A stretch of DNA of 63,921 bases, counting the filler, from Octopus bimaculoides (Eukaryota), in assembly GCF_001194135.2 (NCBI RefSeq). It is 7 parts of 6 records of this genome, joined end to end, with 100 filler letters (N's around TTAATTAATTAA, not from the genome) between each part and the next. Parts side by side here need not be neighbours in the genome. Positions count along the whole stretch, not along the records: positions 14,815 to 33,754 come from NC_068987.1; positions 33,855 to 35,978 come from NW_026345396.1; positions 36,079 to 46,578 come from NC_068989.1; 4 more parts are not named here. One strand, 5' to 3'. Made by a program: the position numbers and the translations under genes. Of the stretch, positions 25,489 through 37,072 are shown piece after piece; position 1 is the first letter of the stretch, and each line of letters begins with the position of its first letter. The notes beneath the pieces are model-generated. The model did no database searches, was not told the origin of the DNA, and was given only the letters and a program-made list of their open reading frames with translations.

Positions 25489-25874
25489 AGTCTGTTGAGC
25501 TAGTCCGAGAGGCATAACAAGATGCCCGAGCTAAAGTCACGCCACAAAGACGAGGAATAAACACGATTTTAGACGACACAGAAAGTGAAATAAACGGCAA
25601 TAAATAATCGAAGCAATAACAGGGAGTAAACAAGCGTTGACAGTTACTGTTAGTGGTGCTGCTCGCCTGTTATTACGTTGGTGAACATAGGTAACACGTA
25701 TTTAGTGGTTGAGGTGTATGTGTGTGCATGTATGTGTATGTGAATCAACGAAGACTTGCACCAACAAGTAAAGACTTCCACAAACTAACGAGATCAGCCT
25801 GTCAAGAGCCGACCGACATAGACAAGTTCTTTTAAACATACCATTCGCACACAGATATATACATATATATATAT

Positions 25875-25915
<41 letters not shown>

Positions 25916-26269
25916 CTCACACCTCACACATATATTATGTGTGCGAATGTGTGTCTATGTATATTGTATTAAAATGCTAAAAAAAAAATCAAAGTTTTCT
26001 TTTCTAGCTTTGTTTTGTTCTACCGTTGTGTTTTTCACCTAAAACCATATTTCAATGCACCTAGAATCAGCTCAGCCACCGTTTGAAGTTAGCTATTTTT
26101 AATGACAGCAGCCTGAAATTATTTTGGTCGATCTATTATTCATCTTGCCCACAGCCTTAAAAAGGTGACATTTCGGGTCTTATTTTCGTTTTAATATATT
26201 TCTTCCAATTGTCATTTACTTTAAAAGTAAGTAGCAGTAGAACTCGAGTTGAAGATATTACATGTATAT

Positions 26270-26900
26270 ACCTGTGGCTTAGTGAGAGCAAGAAAGAGAG
26301 CCGCTGCCGCCACACTGCACAAGTTATCTTCAGGTGATGATGAAGAGCAGCAGGAGGAGGAGGAAGATAATAGGAAGTGAGCGGCTGTTTTTAGTAGCTT
26401 ATCTCATTCATTCGCCGATACTGCTGGTAGTAGTGAGCGTGTGCGCGTATGACTGACAAAGAAAGAAATAAAAGTAAAAATAAACAAAATGAACGACCAT
26501 GTATATATTCCATTAATCGAACGACAGACCGTGAATTCGACCAATCATACGCGTTGTAATTGATGTCGTCATGACAATTCAAATTTTTGTCCAATCAAAA
26601 CCGTTTATATTTCCTCGCTCGCCCACTTACATTATTGAACTCGTTTTTCTTCCTATCGGTATATCTCAGCAATCTTTCCGTTATTTTTGCCAGCATCTGT
26701 GTCAGTGTGACTGTTGTAATAACAGTACCCTTTCAAAACAAACGACTAAACACGGCACTAAATATACAAAATTTCAGCTTCTGTAATATAGAGTACTTTT
26801 ATATTTAAAAAATAACTTATGAAATCCTCTTCAGTTGCTTGTTCGCTAATAGTAGTGGTCTGGCGGTTTGAATTCTCAGAAATAAAAATTCCCAACTCAT
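26270..26900. promoter_or_regulatory. Candidate (bidirectional) promoter / first-exon region
   Basis: CpG-retaining unique DNA; CCAAT at 26541 and 26591; minus-strand donor CACAG|GTATAT near 26270; CpG-poor DNA on both sides. Confidence 0.4.
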
Positions 26901-27729
26901 TTTATGTCAAGACATAAACAAATACACGTTGAAAATTTAGCAAGTTGAATAATCATTGGGTTCTTTTAAAAATTTCTTCACATTCCAGTAAACTTCATAT
27001 ATTCATGTCAAAAGAATTCAGGTCATGATGGCAGATGAATTTATAATCATCCTTAAACTCAGATATTTTACTTCTGTTATTTATTGTTCACTTCCTTGTT
27101 TCTTTTTATCTTTCTGAACAAGTGGTCGTTGTGACAAGGAATCTATAATAAAAATTAGAAGAAGGTAACAATAATTCCTTCTCAGTTTCACTAAATTTTG
27201 TATGTCTTTTATTTTTTTTACCAAAGAATATTTCAATAGAGCAAAAAAATATATCCTTCAGTATCCATGTTCTGAATTCAGACCCTGTTACGACTGACTG
27301 CCTTTTCTCCTTTTCTCCTTCGAGAGTCCAGTAATGTACCTGGAATTGATTAGTTTGACCATACCATGACCTTCCATGAAAAGCTTATCCTCTTGTGCTA
27401 CAGGTAGTTTGGAGGATAGAATCCAAATCTGTGGTCATTTCATTGCAGCTCAGTCTTGGTCTACGAATTTAGCTGTTCAAACTATGTCCATCCCTTCTTT
27501 AATTTACTGTGTGATAAAAAAGAAATTTTGCTGACCACACTGAGTCATCCACATTGGCTGTTCAGTAATTATGTTACATAGTTGATGAGGAATTTTGTAC
27601 AATTGCCAATCATAGCTGAATTTCTCCAACACGTGAAATAATCTGCTATAGGTCAGCATCCACAAAGAGATTTAACTCTCAGCAACTTAATACTACAGAA
27701 TTAATAACTTGAATTCTGCCCCAGACTCC

Positions 27730-28690
27730 CATGATCAAGCTGCTTTGCCCAAACGGTTTTGAGATCTAGGTCTGCGCAAGTGCTAGTCTTTATCTCTTTC
27801 CTTCTTCCATGCTTGTTCACCTTTGGTAGGCAACATCCTCTCCTCTTCAACATGGACTAATTCCAACAGGGAGATGGATGAAGCTCTCACAGTGGAGAGA
27901 ACTGGGTTTGTCAGTTCTGGTTATAGTGGAGGATAGACGGAAACGGAGAGTATGGGACAATCTGCACTCAGGTACCACTTTCAACTCTCTCCTTCATCAA
28001 TCTGATCAATTTTCATGATGTTGCCTACTTTCAGCTAGTGCAAAATTCTCAGAGGACTGGATTAATGCCCTGCCTGTGGCCAACATCGGAGGTCTACTCG
28101 GTCTAGATGAACTCCGCATCTCCATCGCACTGAGAGTGAGAGATAACTTCTGTAGGGGACTGAGATGTTGCTGTGGTAGGCCCCTCAACCCCACAGGTCT
28201 TCATAGTCTGTCTTGCTGCCTAAATGCTGCAAACTAAACCTAATCATTAAGCGAGCCCTGGCTCAGATTAATATCCCCTCAGTTCTGGAGCCATCGGGGT
28301 TATCCAGAAGTGATGGAAAGAGACCAGATGGTCTTAGCCTCTGTCCCTGGGTTAGAGGTAGGTGCCTCATTTGGGACACCACAGCCTTTGCTCCCTCCTA
28401 CATCTTGGATGCTGCAGTTAATGGGAGGGTCACTGCTTCCGTAGCTGAACAGAAGAAAACTCTGAAGTATCAGGACCTGACAGTGAACTATCTCTTCCAA
28501 TCTGTGGTGCTTGAGACATTCAAAGGGACTGAGTCACTAACCACAAAGTTCTTGTCAGTGTTGGTAGCTTGCCTCACCGAGGTGTCACATGATGCTCATG
28601 AGGGCTCTTGACTTCCCCAATGCCTTAGTCTCACCATTGCCCATGGTAATGATCCGAGTGTGCTGGCTTGCTTTACACACCTTGTGGTGT
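27730..28690 (+). mobile_element. CRE-clade non-LTR retrotransposon 3' fragment (copy 1)
   Basis: QAALPKRF*DLGLR; RCCCG..GLHSLSC zinc motif; LEPSGLSRSDGKRPDGLSLCPW..G.CLIWD restriction-like endonuclease. Confidence 0.85.
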
Positions 28691-29317
28691 GCAACCAGTT
28701 GCTGTGATAAAAAAATTTTTTTTTAATTCCCCACAAATGGTTTCAATACAGTTGTAACAGAAAGATTTGGAAGAATTAGATGAAAGTTCTCCGGTATTTT
28801 CTTCCATGTAAATAAATGTTTATGTTCATTTAAAAATTTGCCAACAAAATTTTATAAAATGACAATGTTCTAAAAGATGTACATGTTTATATGTTATATT
28901 TGAAAATAAAAATGTTTAAACTCTAAAGGAAAAAATATATGAGTTTTGTCCTTTTTAACATTGAAATTTTGTCAGGTGAATACAAGTCCCTCAGTTCAAA
29001 AACCTGTTTATAAGCAGATATGTTTATTCACATTTAATATGAAAGCCATATATTTTTAAAGGAGCAGGAAATAGGTTTGAAATCAAAGAGTGCCCTGTTT
29101 AAATATGTTACAATGAAGTGAGATGGATATATAAGTGGTCAGGTAAACAAAATATTATTATGCCTGCTCCATCCTCGTGAGCAGCATCGTCTCCTCTCCA
29201 ACATGGACCAGTTCCAACAGGGAGTTGGATGAAGCTCTCCAACACTGGAGTGAATTGGGCTTGTCTGCTTCTGAGAAGGTGGAGGACTGTCAGAGTCAGA
29301 GAACTTAGGACAACATA

Positions 29318-32102
29318 CAGGAGTTGTATAAAACTGTCAAAAGCTTATTTATTTTAATGTTTTTTGATTTATTATTGGTGTTGCTTAATATGTTTTGCTA
29401 AAATTGCTGTTTCTTTTCAGATATCATCAGAAAAAGGTAATTAAAATTCATTAAAAATACAGATCTATCAGACTTTCAAAAAGGTCAAATTGTTGGTGCT
29501 CATATGGCAGGCACTAGCGAAACTAAAACAGCCAAAATGTTTGGTGTATCAAGACATATATTTTTTTAAACTTTATTTGTGAACTTTTTCGAACTTTACA
29601 TGAACATGGGAAAAAAAGTAAAAAGTAATAATGAAGCCACTGTCTTGGAGTAGGAGGTTGTCCCACCCAGGCAGTGGCTGGCAGAGACGGAGAAGAGGAC
29701 AGTGGTTTTGTGGACCTATTCCAGGTCATGCAATGCCATCGCCCTCTTCAATAAAGACATCATCGAAAAGGAGCTGGCAGGTTGTCTGCCAGTTAGAAAG
29801 TTTTACATAACTAGGGGAGTCAAATATGCAATGGTGTGGTTGCTATTTGACTCCCCCGAAGAGGCTGCCACTGTGGCCAGCCAGCTCCTGCAGGGGGAGG
29901 AAATTTTGTTCCTCCCTTCTTACTGCTGGAGAAACGTTATCAGAGCCTGGGTGTGTGGACTGCCCCCAGATACCAAGGCTGGATGGATTGCTGATGCCAT
30001 CTGGCAGGGCTTGGGTGACAGTGGACCCAGGCTCTTGAATGTGAACATGATGGCTGTGGTAGACTGAGAAGGGGTTAAAGCAAATTTAATCCTATAGAAC
30101 CAGTAGCCGCTGTGGAAATGATATTTCCGGATTTTTTGAAAATGGCTACAACCAGGTATCCTGTGATGCTTGAGGGAGCCCCCCCCCCCCAAGTGTCACC
30201 TTTGCCTGGAACCAGGTCACATTAAGAAGAACTGTGTCTGGGGCCAAGATAAGACCCCGGAGTAGCGGAAAAAAGAAGCACCCTCCGCCCCCCCCAGTGG
30301 AGGGGGAGATTGTGAAAAAGAAAGGTGAGCAACAACGGATGCTCACCAGATGGAATACAGGTTGCGGGAGAGGAGGAGGACCCCTTGGGTGTGCCGAGGG
30401 AGGCCCCCAACCCCCGAAACCTGTATAAAAAAGAAAAGGAAAAAAAGAAATAGGAGACGGTTGGAGGACGTTGCTGTACTGCCAACCGAAGCCCCAGCCC
30501 TCCAGTGGGAATTGTGCCACCGGAGAGGGAGACTCTGTNNNNNNNNNNNNNNNNNNNNNNNNNNNNNNNNNNNNNNNNNNNNNNNNNNNNNNNNNNNNNN
30601 NNNNNNNNNNNNNNNNNNNNNNNNNNNNNNNNNNNNNNNNNNNNNNNNNNNNNNNNNNNNNNNNNNNNNNGGAAGATCCTTCTTGGCTTGCATGACCAGT
30701 TCATCATGGCCTCCACAGGTAGCTGCGGAGGTCGTAACTAGTAGGATCTTGTCAAAAATCGGGTCCACCTTTGACAAGAATAATTTTATCTGCCTCGCCA
30801 CAGACTTCAACTTGTCAATGCGGACTTGTCTGCAGGCAGCGAGTAATTTTCTTAGGAGCTGTGACGGGGTGGATTGATTAATTATGACTAATTGTTTTGA
30901 TTTTTGAAATATTGTAGTATTGATGTTATTATTGTAATATTATTATTATTAGTATCATTGTAATTATTGAATTGTATGAACAAAGGTTTTCGAGGGGTTG
31001 CCAGTCGGTGGGCGCTGGTGCCCCTCTCATTTTTTTTCATCCATGTCTTTTTCTCATTAATGTATTTGTCCAGCCCTAGCTTCTTGCCATTCTATGTACA
31101 GCCATTGTGGCTAATTTCAATGAAATAAAGAAGTACAGTCTTGAAAGTAATGGCAGCCTTTGAGAAAGAGGGAAAAACCTCCTTTTCAAAACAAAACTCC
31201 AGAAGAAAACCAAAACTTTCAGATAGGGACCGTTGGACTCTTATGTAAATTGTTAGAGAGGATCACAAAAGTACAGCTCCCAAAATTACTGCAGAGCTTA
31301 ATGACCACCTCGAGAACCCAGTTTCCACAAAAACTTTTCGCTGGGAACTGCACAAAACCCAGATTTTACAGGAGGGCTGCAATCAGAAAACCACTACTTT
31401 CAAAAACAAACATTGCAAAGCGTTTAGAGTGGAGAATAAAACCCACAGAATTGATCCCTAGAGCAGTGGAAGAATATTATTTTCTTGGACGAATCATCCG
31501 TTACCTTATTTCTGACCACTGGTCGAGCACATGTTTGGAAACAGCCAAAAGAAACATTTGACCCAGACTGCCTTCTTCCAACTGTTAAACATGGAGGAGG
31601 ATCTGTGATGATCTGGGGGAGCTATATCTTGGAAATCTGCTGGCCTAATGGTTTCCCTTCATGGCAGAATTAATAGTGAAGACTATTTAAGCATTTTATC
31701 TGATCAAATTGATCCTATGGTGGCGAAAGTGTTTCCAGAGGGAAACACAATCTTTCAGGATGATAATGCACCAATTCACACAGCTAAAGTTGTTACTGAA
31801 TGGCACGAGGAACATTCTAGTGAAGTTGAACATCTTATCTGGCCACCACAGTCCCCAGATCTCGATATTATTGAACATTTATGGTGCACTTTAGAAAAAC
31901 AAGTAAGGAGTCAATATCCTCCCCTACTGGAGACTGTTTTAGCAGAAGAATGGACAAAAATTCCTTTGGAAACCATTAAAACTTTGTATGTCCATACCTC
32001 ATAGAATTCAAGCTGTGATTACTGCCAAAGGCAGTCCTATTCCGTATTAAAATAAGTTTGTTTTAAATTTTAAGGTATTTCCATTATTTTGTCCAACCCC
32101 TG
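29318..32102 (+). mobile_element. Tc1 (DD34E) transposon, interrupted by a LINE insertion
   Basis: Termini CAGGAGTTG / CAACCCCTG with TA on both sides; DLSDFQKGQIVGA..GVSR|STVLKVM; WPPQSPDLDIIEHLW; FQDDNAPIH. Confidence 0.9.
29555..31131 (+). mobile_element. Internally deleted LINE-like element (ORF1 with CCHC knuckle, APE remnant, AATAAA tail); clade uncertain (L1/Tx1 or I/Jockey group)
   Basis: ORF 29702-30067; CHLCLEPGHIKKNC = CX2CX4HX4C at 30194-30235; ICLATDFN; AAGA duplicated at both junctions. Confidence 0.65.
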
Positions 32103-33184
32103 TAATTTCAAAGTCCACCTTCGACTCCCGCTTCATCCAGTTGGACCAGTTTCCAAGGTGCCACTTACTGTCTGCTAGCGCCAAATACTCAAGTGAGTGG
32201 GTTGATGCCATTCTTGTGGCTAACATTGGTGGCCAACTCAGCTTTGACAAACTTTGTGCCTCCATTGCCCCCAGAGTGGGAGCAGACGTCTGCATAGGTT
32301 TGAGTTGTCATTATGGCAAGCTGTTCGACTCCACAAGCCTCCATAATCTTTCTTGCCACCTGAATGCTGGTTGCTTTGCACATCACCTGAGTTAAACCTT
32401 ATGCTCAAGAGGAGCTTGGCCTGGGCAAACATCCCCTCCATCTTGGTACCATCTGTGTTGTCCAGATATGATGGGAAAAGACCTGACGGCCTCACCCTGT
32501 GCCACTGGTCGAGAGGCAGATGCCTTGTCTGAGACATCACAGCAACTCCTTTGCTTCTTCTCACATTCTGGATGCTGTGACCAAAGCAAGGTCCACAGCT
32601 TCTACGGCTGAGTGGAACAAAATTCTGAAGTACCATGATCTGTTGGCCAACTACATTTTCCATCCTGTGGCGTTTGAGATGTTTGGTGGGGTCGGACCAC
32701 TGACTGCGAGATTCCTGTCTTCACTGGCAGCTTGTCTAGCAGAGGTAACTAGTGAAGCTCATGAGGATGCTTGACTGTTCCAGCGCATCAGCCACACCAT
32801 CACACGTAACAATGCTGCAAGCATGCTGGCGTGCCTCAATAGTCATTAGAGAGGTTTCCCAGTGCCCCAAAATTTTCAACTTAAGGTGGTGAATTGGTTT
32901 TGCTTTCTTTTTTGTTTTTCTTCTTTTCCCTCTTATGAATATATATAAGTCTTAATTAAATTGCAAAATGAAAACAAAATTAGTAATTGTATTTAGTGTA
33001 CACTAGCAATGCATCCCGGCATTGCCCAGGTGTTATCACCTACAGCCACATTGTATCATTAGTTCCTTTCTTATGAGCAGAATTGGTACACAAGCAGTAT
33101 GAAGCAAATAACTCTTCTTTATAAACATAGTTTTCAGTCATTTTCTGATGAACAACACTGCAGTTTCTGTCAACCAAATTCTGT

Positions 33185-33310
33185 CACAAGTCTGTGGTCG
33201 GCCTAGGGCTACAGAAGAAAACACTTGCCCAAGGTACCATGCGGAGGGACTGAATGTAGAACCATGTAGTTGGGAAGCAAACTTCTCAACCATACAGTTA
33301 TTCTTGCACC
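33185..33310 (-). mobile_element. SINE module B with CpG decay
   Basis: CACTTGCCCAAGGTACCATGC..GAACCATG homologous to 10693-10795 but with CG>TG/CA changes. Confidence 0.75.
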
Positions 33311-33989
33311 TAATATGTGTGTGTGATTGTTTACATTTCTTGTTAAATCAAGTATTGTGTCCAGCAGAGTTGCCTCCCTTAGTTAAAGACCTCAAAATTG
33401 TGCAGCCCGATCTGGTTTTCAAGGTTATTTTTGTAGTAAAAAGACTTGTTGTGCAAATAACATATTTTATTTGGTAGCTGAAAGATTACTGAATTTTTGG
33501 ATAGAACACACATCAAAATCGGCCACTCAGTTTTTGAAATCATAAGGAATATACACACACGCACACACAAACTCTGTTTTATATATTAAGATTAACTATT
33601 AAAAAATTGTGTGTGTGTGTATTATATATATATATTATATATATATACATATATGTGAGTGAGTATATGTATATATATACATATATGTGAGTGAGTATAT
33701 GTATATATATACATATATATATATGTGTGTATATATATATGTATATATATATATNNNNNNNNNNNNNNNNNNNNNNNNNNNNNNNNNNNNNNNNNNNNTT
33801 AATTAATTAANNNNNNNNNNNNNNNNNNNNNNNNNNNNNNNNNNNNNNNNNNNNATAGATAGATAGATAGATAGATAGATAAGATGAATGCAAATGAATA
33901 ATAATAGGACAGAAGCAAGATATCCTAAAAATGACATCCGGTAGCAAGAAGAACTGCAACGATGGTTGTGTGGCTGTTAAGGTCTGGAT

Positions 33990-34184
33990 AGATTTCACTG
34001 GAATGATTACTGCCATGGCCATCATCATCAACACCATCAGCTTTGTCGTCGGCGATGTCGTCGGTGTTGTCGTCATCATCACCACTATCATCACAACTAC
34101 CACCTCCACTTAAACCAACACCAACACCACCATCACCACCATCACCACTGCTACAACCACCACCACCACCCACCGCCGCCGCCG

Positions 34185-34235
<51 letters not shown>

Positions 34236-34369
34236 GACTAGTTAGAATATGCAATGAACGGAGACAAAGGCACCAAGTCCGTCTACTCAGGTGTGAAAAG
34301 AGTGTTGACGACAACAAACACAACACCACACCGTTTTTATCAACACCTACCACCAACACTCCCCTCACA
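33990..34369. repeat. Compound trinucleotide repeats (CAT/CAC/TAC)n
   Basis: Direct reading; a pure (TAC)n run at ~34185-34233. Confidence 0.9.
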
Positions 34370-35284
34370 NNNNNNNNNNNNNNNNNNNNNNNNNNNNNNN
34401 NNNNNNNNNNNNNNNNNNNNNNNNNNNNNNNNNNNNNNNNNNNNNNNNNNNNNNNNNNNNNNNNNNNNNNNNNNNNNNNNNNNNNNNNNNNNNNNNNNNN
34501 NNNNNNNNNNNNNNNNNNNNNNNNNNNNNNNNNNNNNNNNNNNNNNNNNNNNNNNNNNNNNNNNNNNNNNNNNNNNNNNNNNNNNNNNNNNNNNNNNNNN
34601 NNNNNNNNNNNNNNNNNNNNNNNNNNNNNNNNNNNNNNNNNNNNNNNNNNNNNNNNNNNNNNNNNNNNNNNNNNNNNNNNNNNNNNNNNNNNNNNNNNNN
34701 NNNNNNNNNNNNNNNNNNNNNNNNNNNNNNNNNNNNNNNNNNNNNNNNNNNNNNNNNNNNNNNNNNNNNNNNNNNNNNNNNNNNNNNNNNNNNNNNNNNN
34801 NNNNNNNNNNNNNNNNNNNNNNNNNNNNNNNNNNNNNNNNNNNNNNNNNNNNNNNNNNNNNNNNNNNNNNNNNNNNNNNNNNNNNNNNNNNNNNNNNNNN
34901 NNNNNNNNNNNNNNNNNNNNNNNNNNNNNNNNNNNNNNNNNNNNNNNNNNNNNNNNNNNNNNNNNNNNNNNNNNNNNNNNNNNNNNNNNNNNNNNNNNNN
35001 NNNNNNNNNNNNNNNNNNNNNNNNNNNNNNNNNNNNNNNNNNNNNNNNNNNNNNNNNNNNNNNNNNNNNNNNNNNNNNNNNNNNNNNNNNNNNNNNNNNN
35101 NNNNNNNNNNNNNNNNNNNNNNNNNNNNNNNNNNNNNNNNNNNNNNNNNNNNNNNNNNNNNNNNNNNNNNNNNNNNNNNNNNNNNNNNNNNNNNNNNNNN
35201 NNNNNNNNNNNNNNNNNNNNNNATATATATATATGTATGTATGTATACATACACATATCATTCTTAAACTAGAATGTTGTTGAC

Positions 35285-35500
35285 AGTGACTTCGAAGTCA
35301 CATTTAAACGGAGTCTGGACAAATTACTTCAAGGAATACCATGTAAGCCACCCATACCTGGATACAGCTCACTCAACAAGAATTCACTACATGAATCGAT
35401 CACAATACCACAAAACTTGACTTAGATAATCCTATCAGGTGGTGCTATTAAGTTAGACATGGCCTGGACCAATCTTTGGTCGAAACATATCTGAGTTTTA
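35285..35500 (+). mobile_element. CR1-like LINE 3' end
   Basis: FKRSLDKLLQGIPCKPPIPGYSSLNKNSL resembles CR1-group ORF2 C-termini. Confidence 0.5.
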
Positions 35501-35600
35501 TAAACCGTGGTTCATATATTTATATATTTAAAGAATAAGGAGAAAATGGAGAGGTAGTTAATAAAATTATTTATTAATTATAAAATATGACAACATCTCT

Positions 35601-35676
35601 GACAGCTGTTTCGATTCAGAAATCTTCAGATAATTAATTTATAAAATTAATATCATTATAAGATGAATATCTTCAG
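35601..35676 (-). ncRNA. Second hammerhead-like motif (Penelope-type)
   Basis: Minus strand CTGAAGA (two candidate copies, 35623-35629 and 35670-35676) ... GAAACAGCTGTC with palindromic ACAGCTGT stem III; stems I and II weak. Confidence 0.35.
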
Positions 35677-36078
35677 AGGTATACTTTACTACCTCAGGGA
35701 TTCGATTCGGTGGTGAGAGTGTGCGAGTGTGTGGGTGTTACTGTGATTGCGTATGTGTTTGTGTGTGTGCGTATGAGGATATGATAGTCTGTGCGTGTTT
35801 GTGTGTACGTATATGTCGACGTGTGCGTAGGGGGTGAGAGGTGAGGTGATACGTATGTGTGTGTGTGTGTGTTTAATTATGTTACTATCTCTGTGAAACT
35901 CATTGAAATTTCTATGAACATTTGAACATTTCACCGTATAAATATGCTTTTTTTACCATTTTTTACCCTTTACCGAACNNNNNNNNNNNNNNNNNNNNNN
36001 NNNNNNNNNNNNNNNNNNNNNNTTAATTAATTAANNNNNNNNNNNNNNNNNNNNNNNNNNNNNNNNNNNNNNNNNNNN

Positions 36079-37072
36079 GCCTTGTCACACTGTGTCACGC
36101 TGAATATCCTCGAGAACTACGTTAAAGGTACACGTGTCTGTGGAGTGCTCAGCCACTTGCACGTTAATTTCACGAGCAGGCTGTTCCGTTGATCGGATCA
36201 ACTGGAACCCTCGACGTCGTAAGCGACGGAGTGCCAACAAACACAATCTATATATGTATGTATGTGTGTATATATTTGTGTGTCTGTTTTTGTCCCCCCA
36301 ACATCGCTTGACAACCGATGTTGGTGTCTTTACGTCCCCGTTACCTTAGCGGTTCGGCAAAAAGAGACCGATAGAATAAGTACTAGGCTTACAAAGAATA
36401 AGTCCTGGGGTCGATTTGCTCGACTAAAAGGTGGAGCTCCAGTATGGTCGCAGTCAATTGACCGAAACAAGTGAAATAATAAAAGAATATCCTTTCTGTT
36501 ATAGGCACAAGGCCTGAAATTTGGCGGCGGGGTGACTAGTCGATTAGATCGACCCCAGTGCTCCACTGGTACTCAATTTATCGACCCCGAAAGGATAAAA
36601 GGCAGAGTATATATATATATTCTTTTATTTATTTCAGTCATTTGACTGCACCAAAGTTGGAGCACCGCCGTTAGTCGAACAAATCGACCCCAGGACTTTT
36701 TCTTTGTAAGCCTAGTACTTATTCTATCGGTAACTAATAAGTTAGGGGGACGTAAACACACCAGCATCGGTTGTCAAGCGATGTTAGGGGGACAAACACA
36801 GATATATATATATATATATATAACGGGATTCTTTCAGTTTCCATCTACCAAATCCACTCACAAGGCTTCGGTCGGTTTTTGTCCCCCACCATCGTTTGAC
36901 AACCGATGCTGGTGTATTTACATCCCCGTAACTTAGCGGTTTTGGCAAACGAGACCGATAAAATGAATACTAGGCTTACAAAGAATAAGTCCTGGGGTCG
37001 ATTTGCTCGACCAAAAGGTGGAGCTCCAGCATGGCCGCAGTCAAATGACTGAAACGTATAAAAGAGTAAAAG
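36079..37072. mobile_element. SINE cluster: A 3' half (+), C (+), D (-), C (-), B 3' (-), C (+)
   Basis: Mutual homology with the copies at 10195, 11355, 38957 and 57408. Confidence 0.85.

Larger units (their letters stand above)
29161..32850 (+). mobile_element. CRE-clade 3' fragment (copy 2), split by the Tc1 insertion
   Basis: 29161-29317 and 32103-32850 rejoin colinearly with copy 1; YDGKRPDGLTLCHW..GRCLV motif. Confidence 0.85.

Noticed and set aside
33001-33035. ACTAGCAATGCATCCCGGCATTGCCCAGG as a Helitron/HINE-like terminus
   Set aside because: Short hairpin only; no second end or body identified
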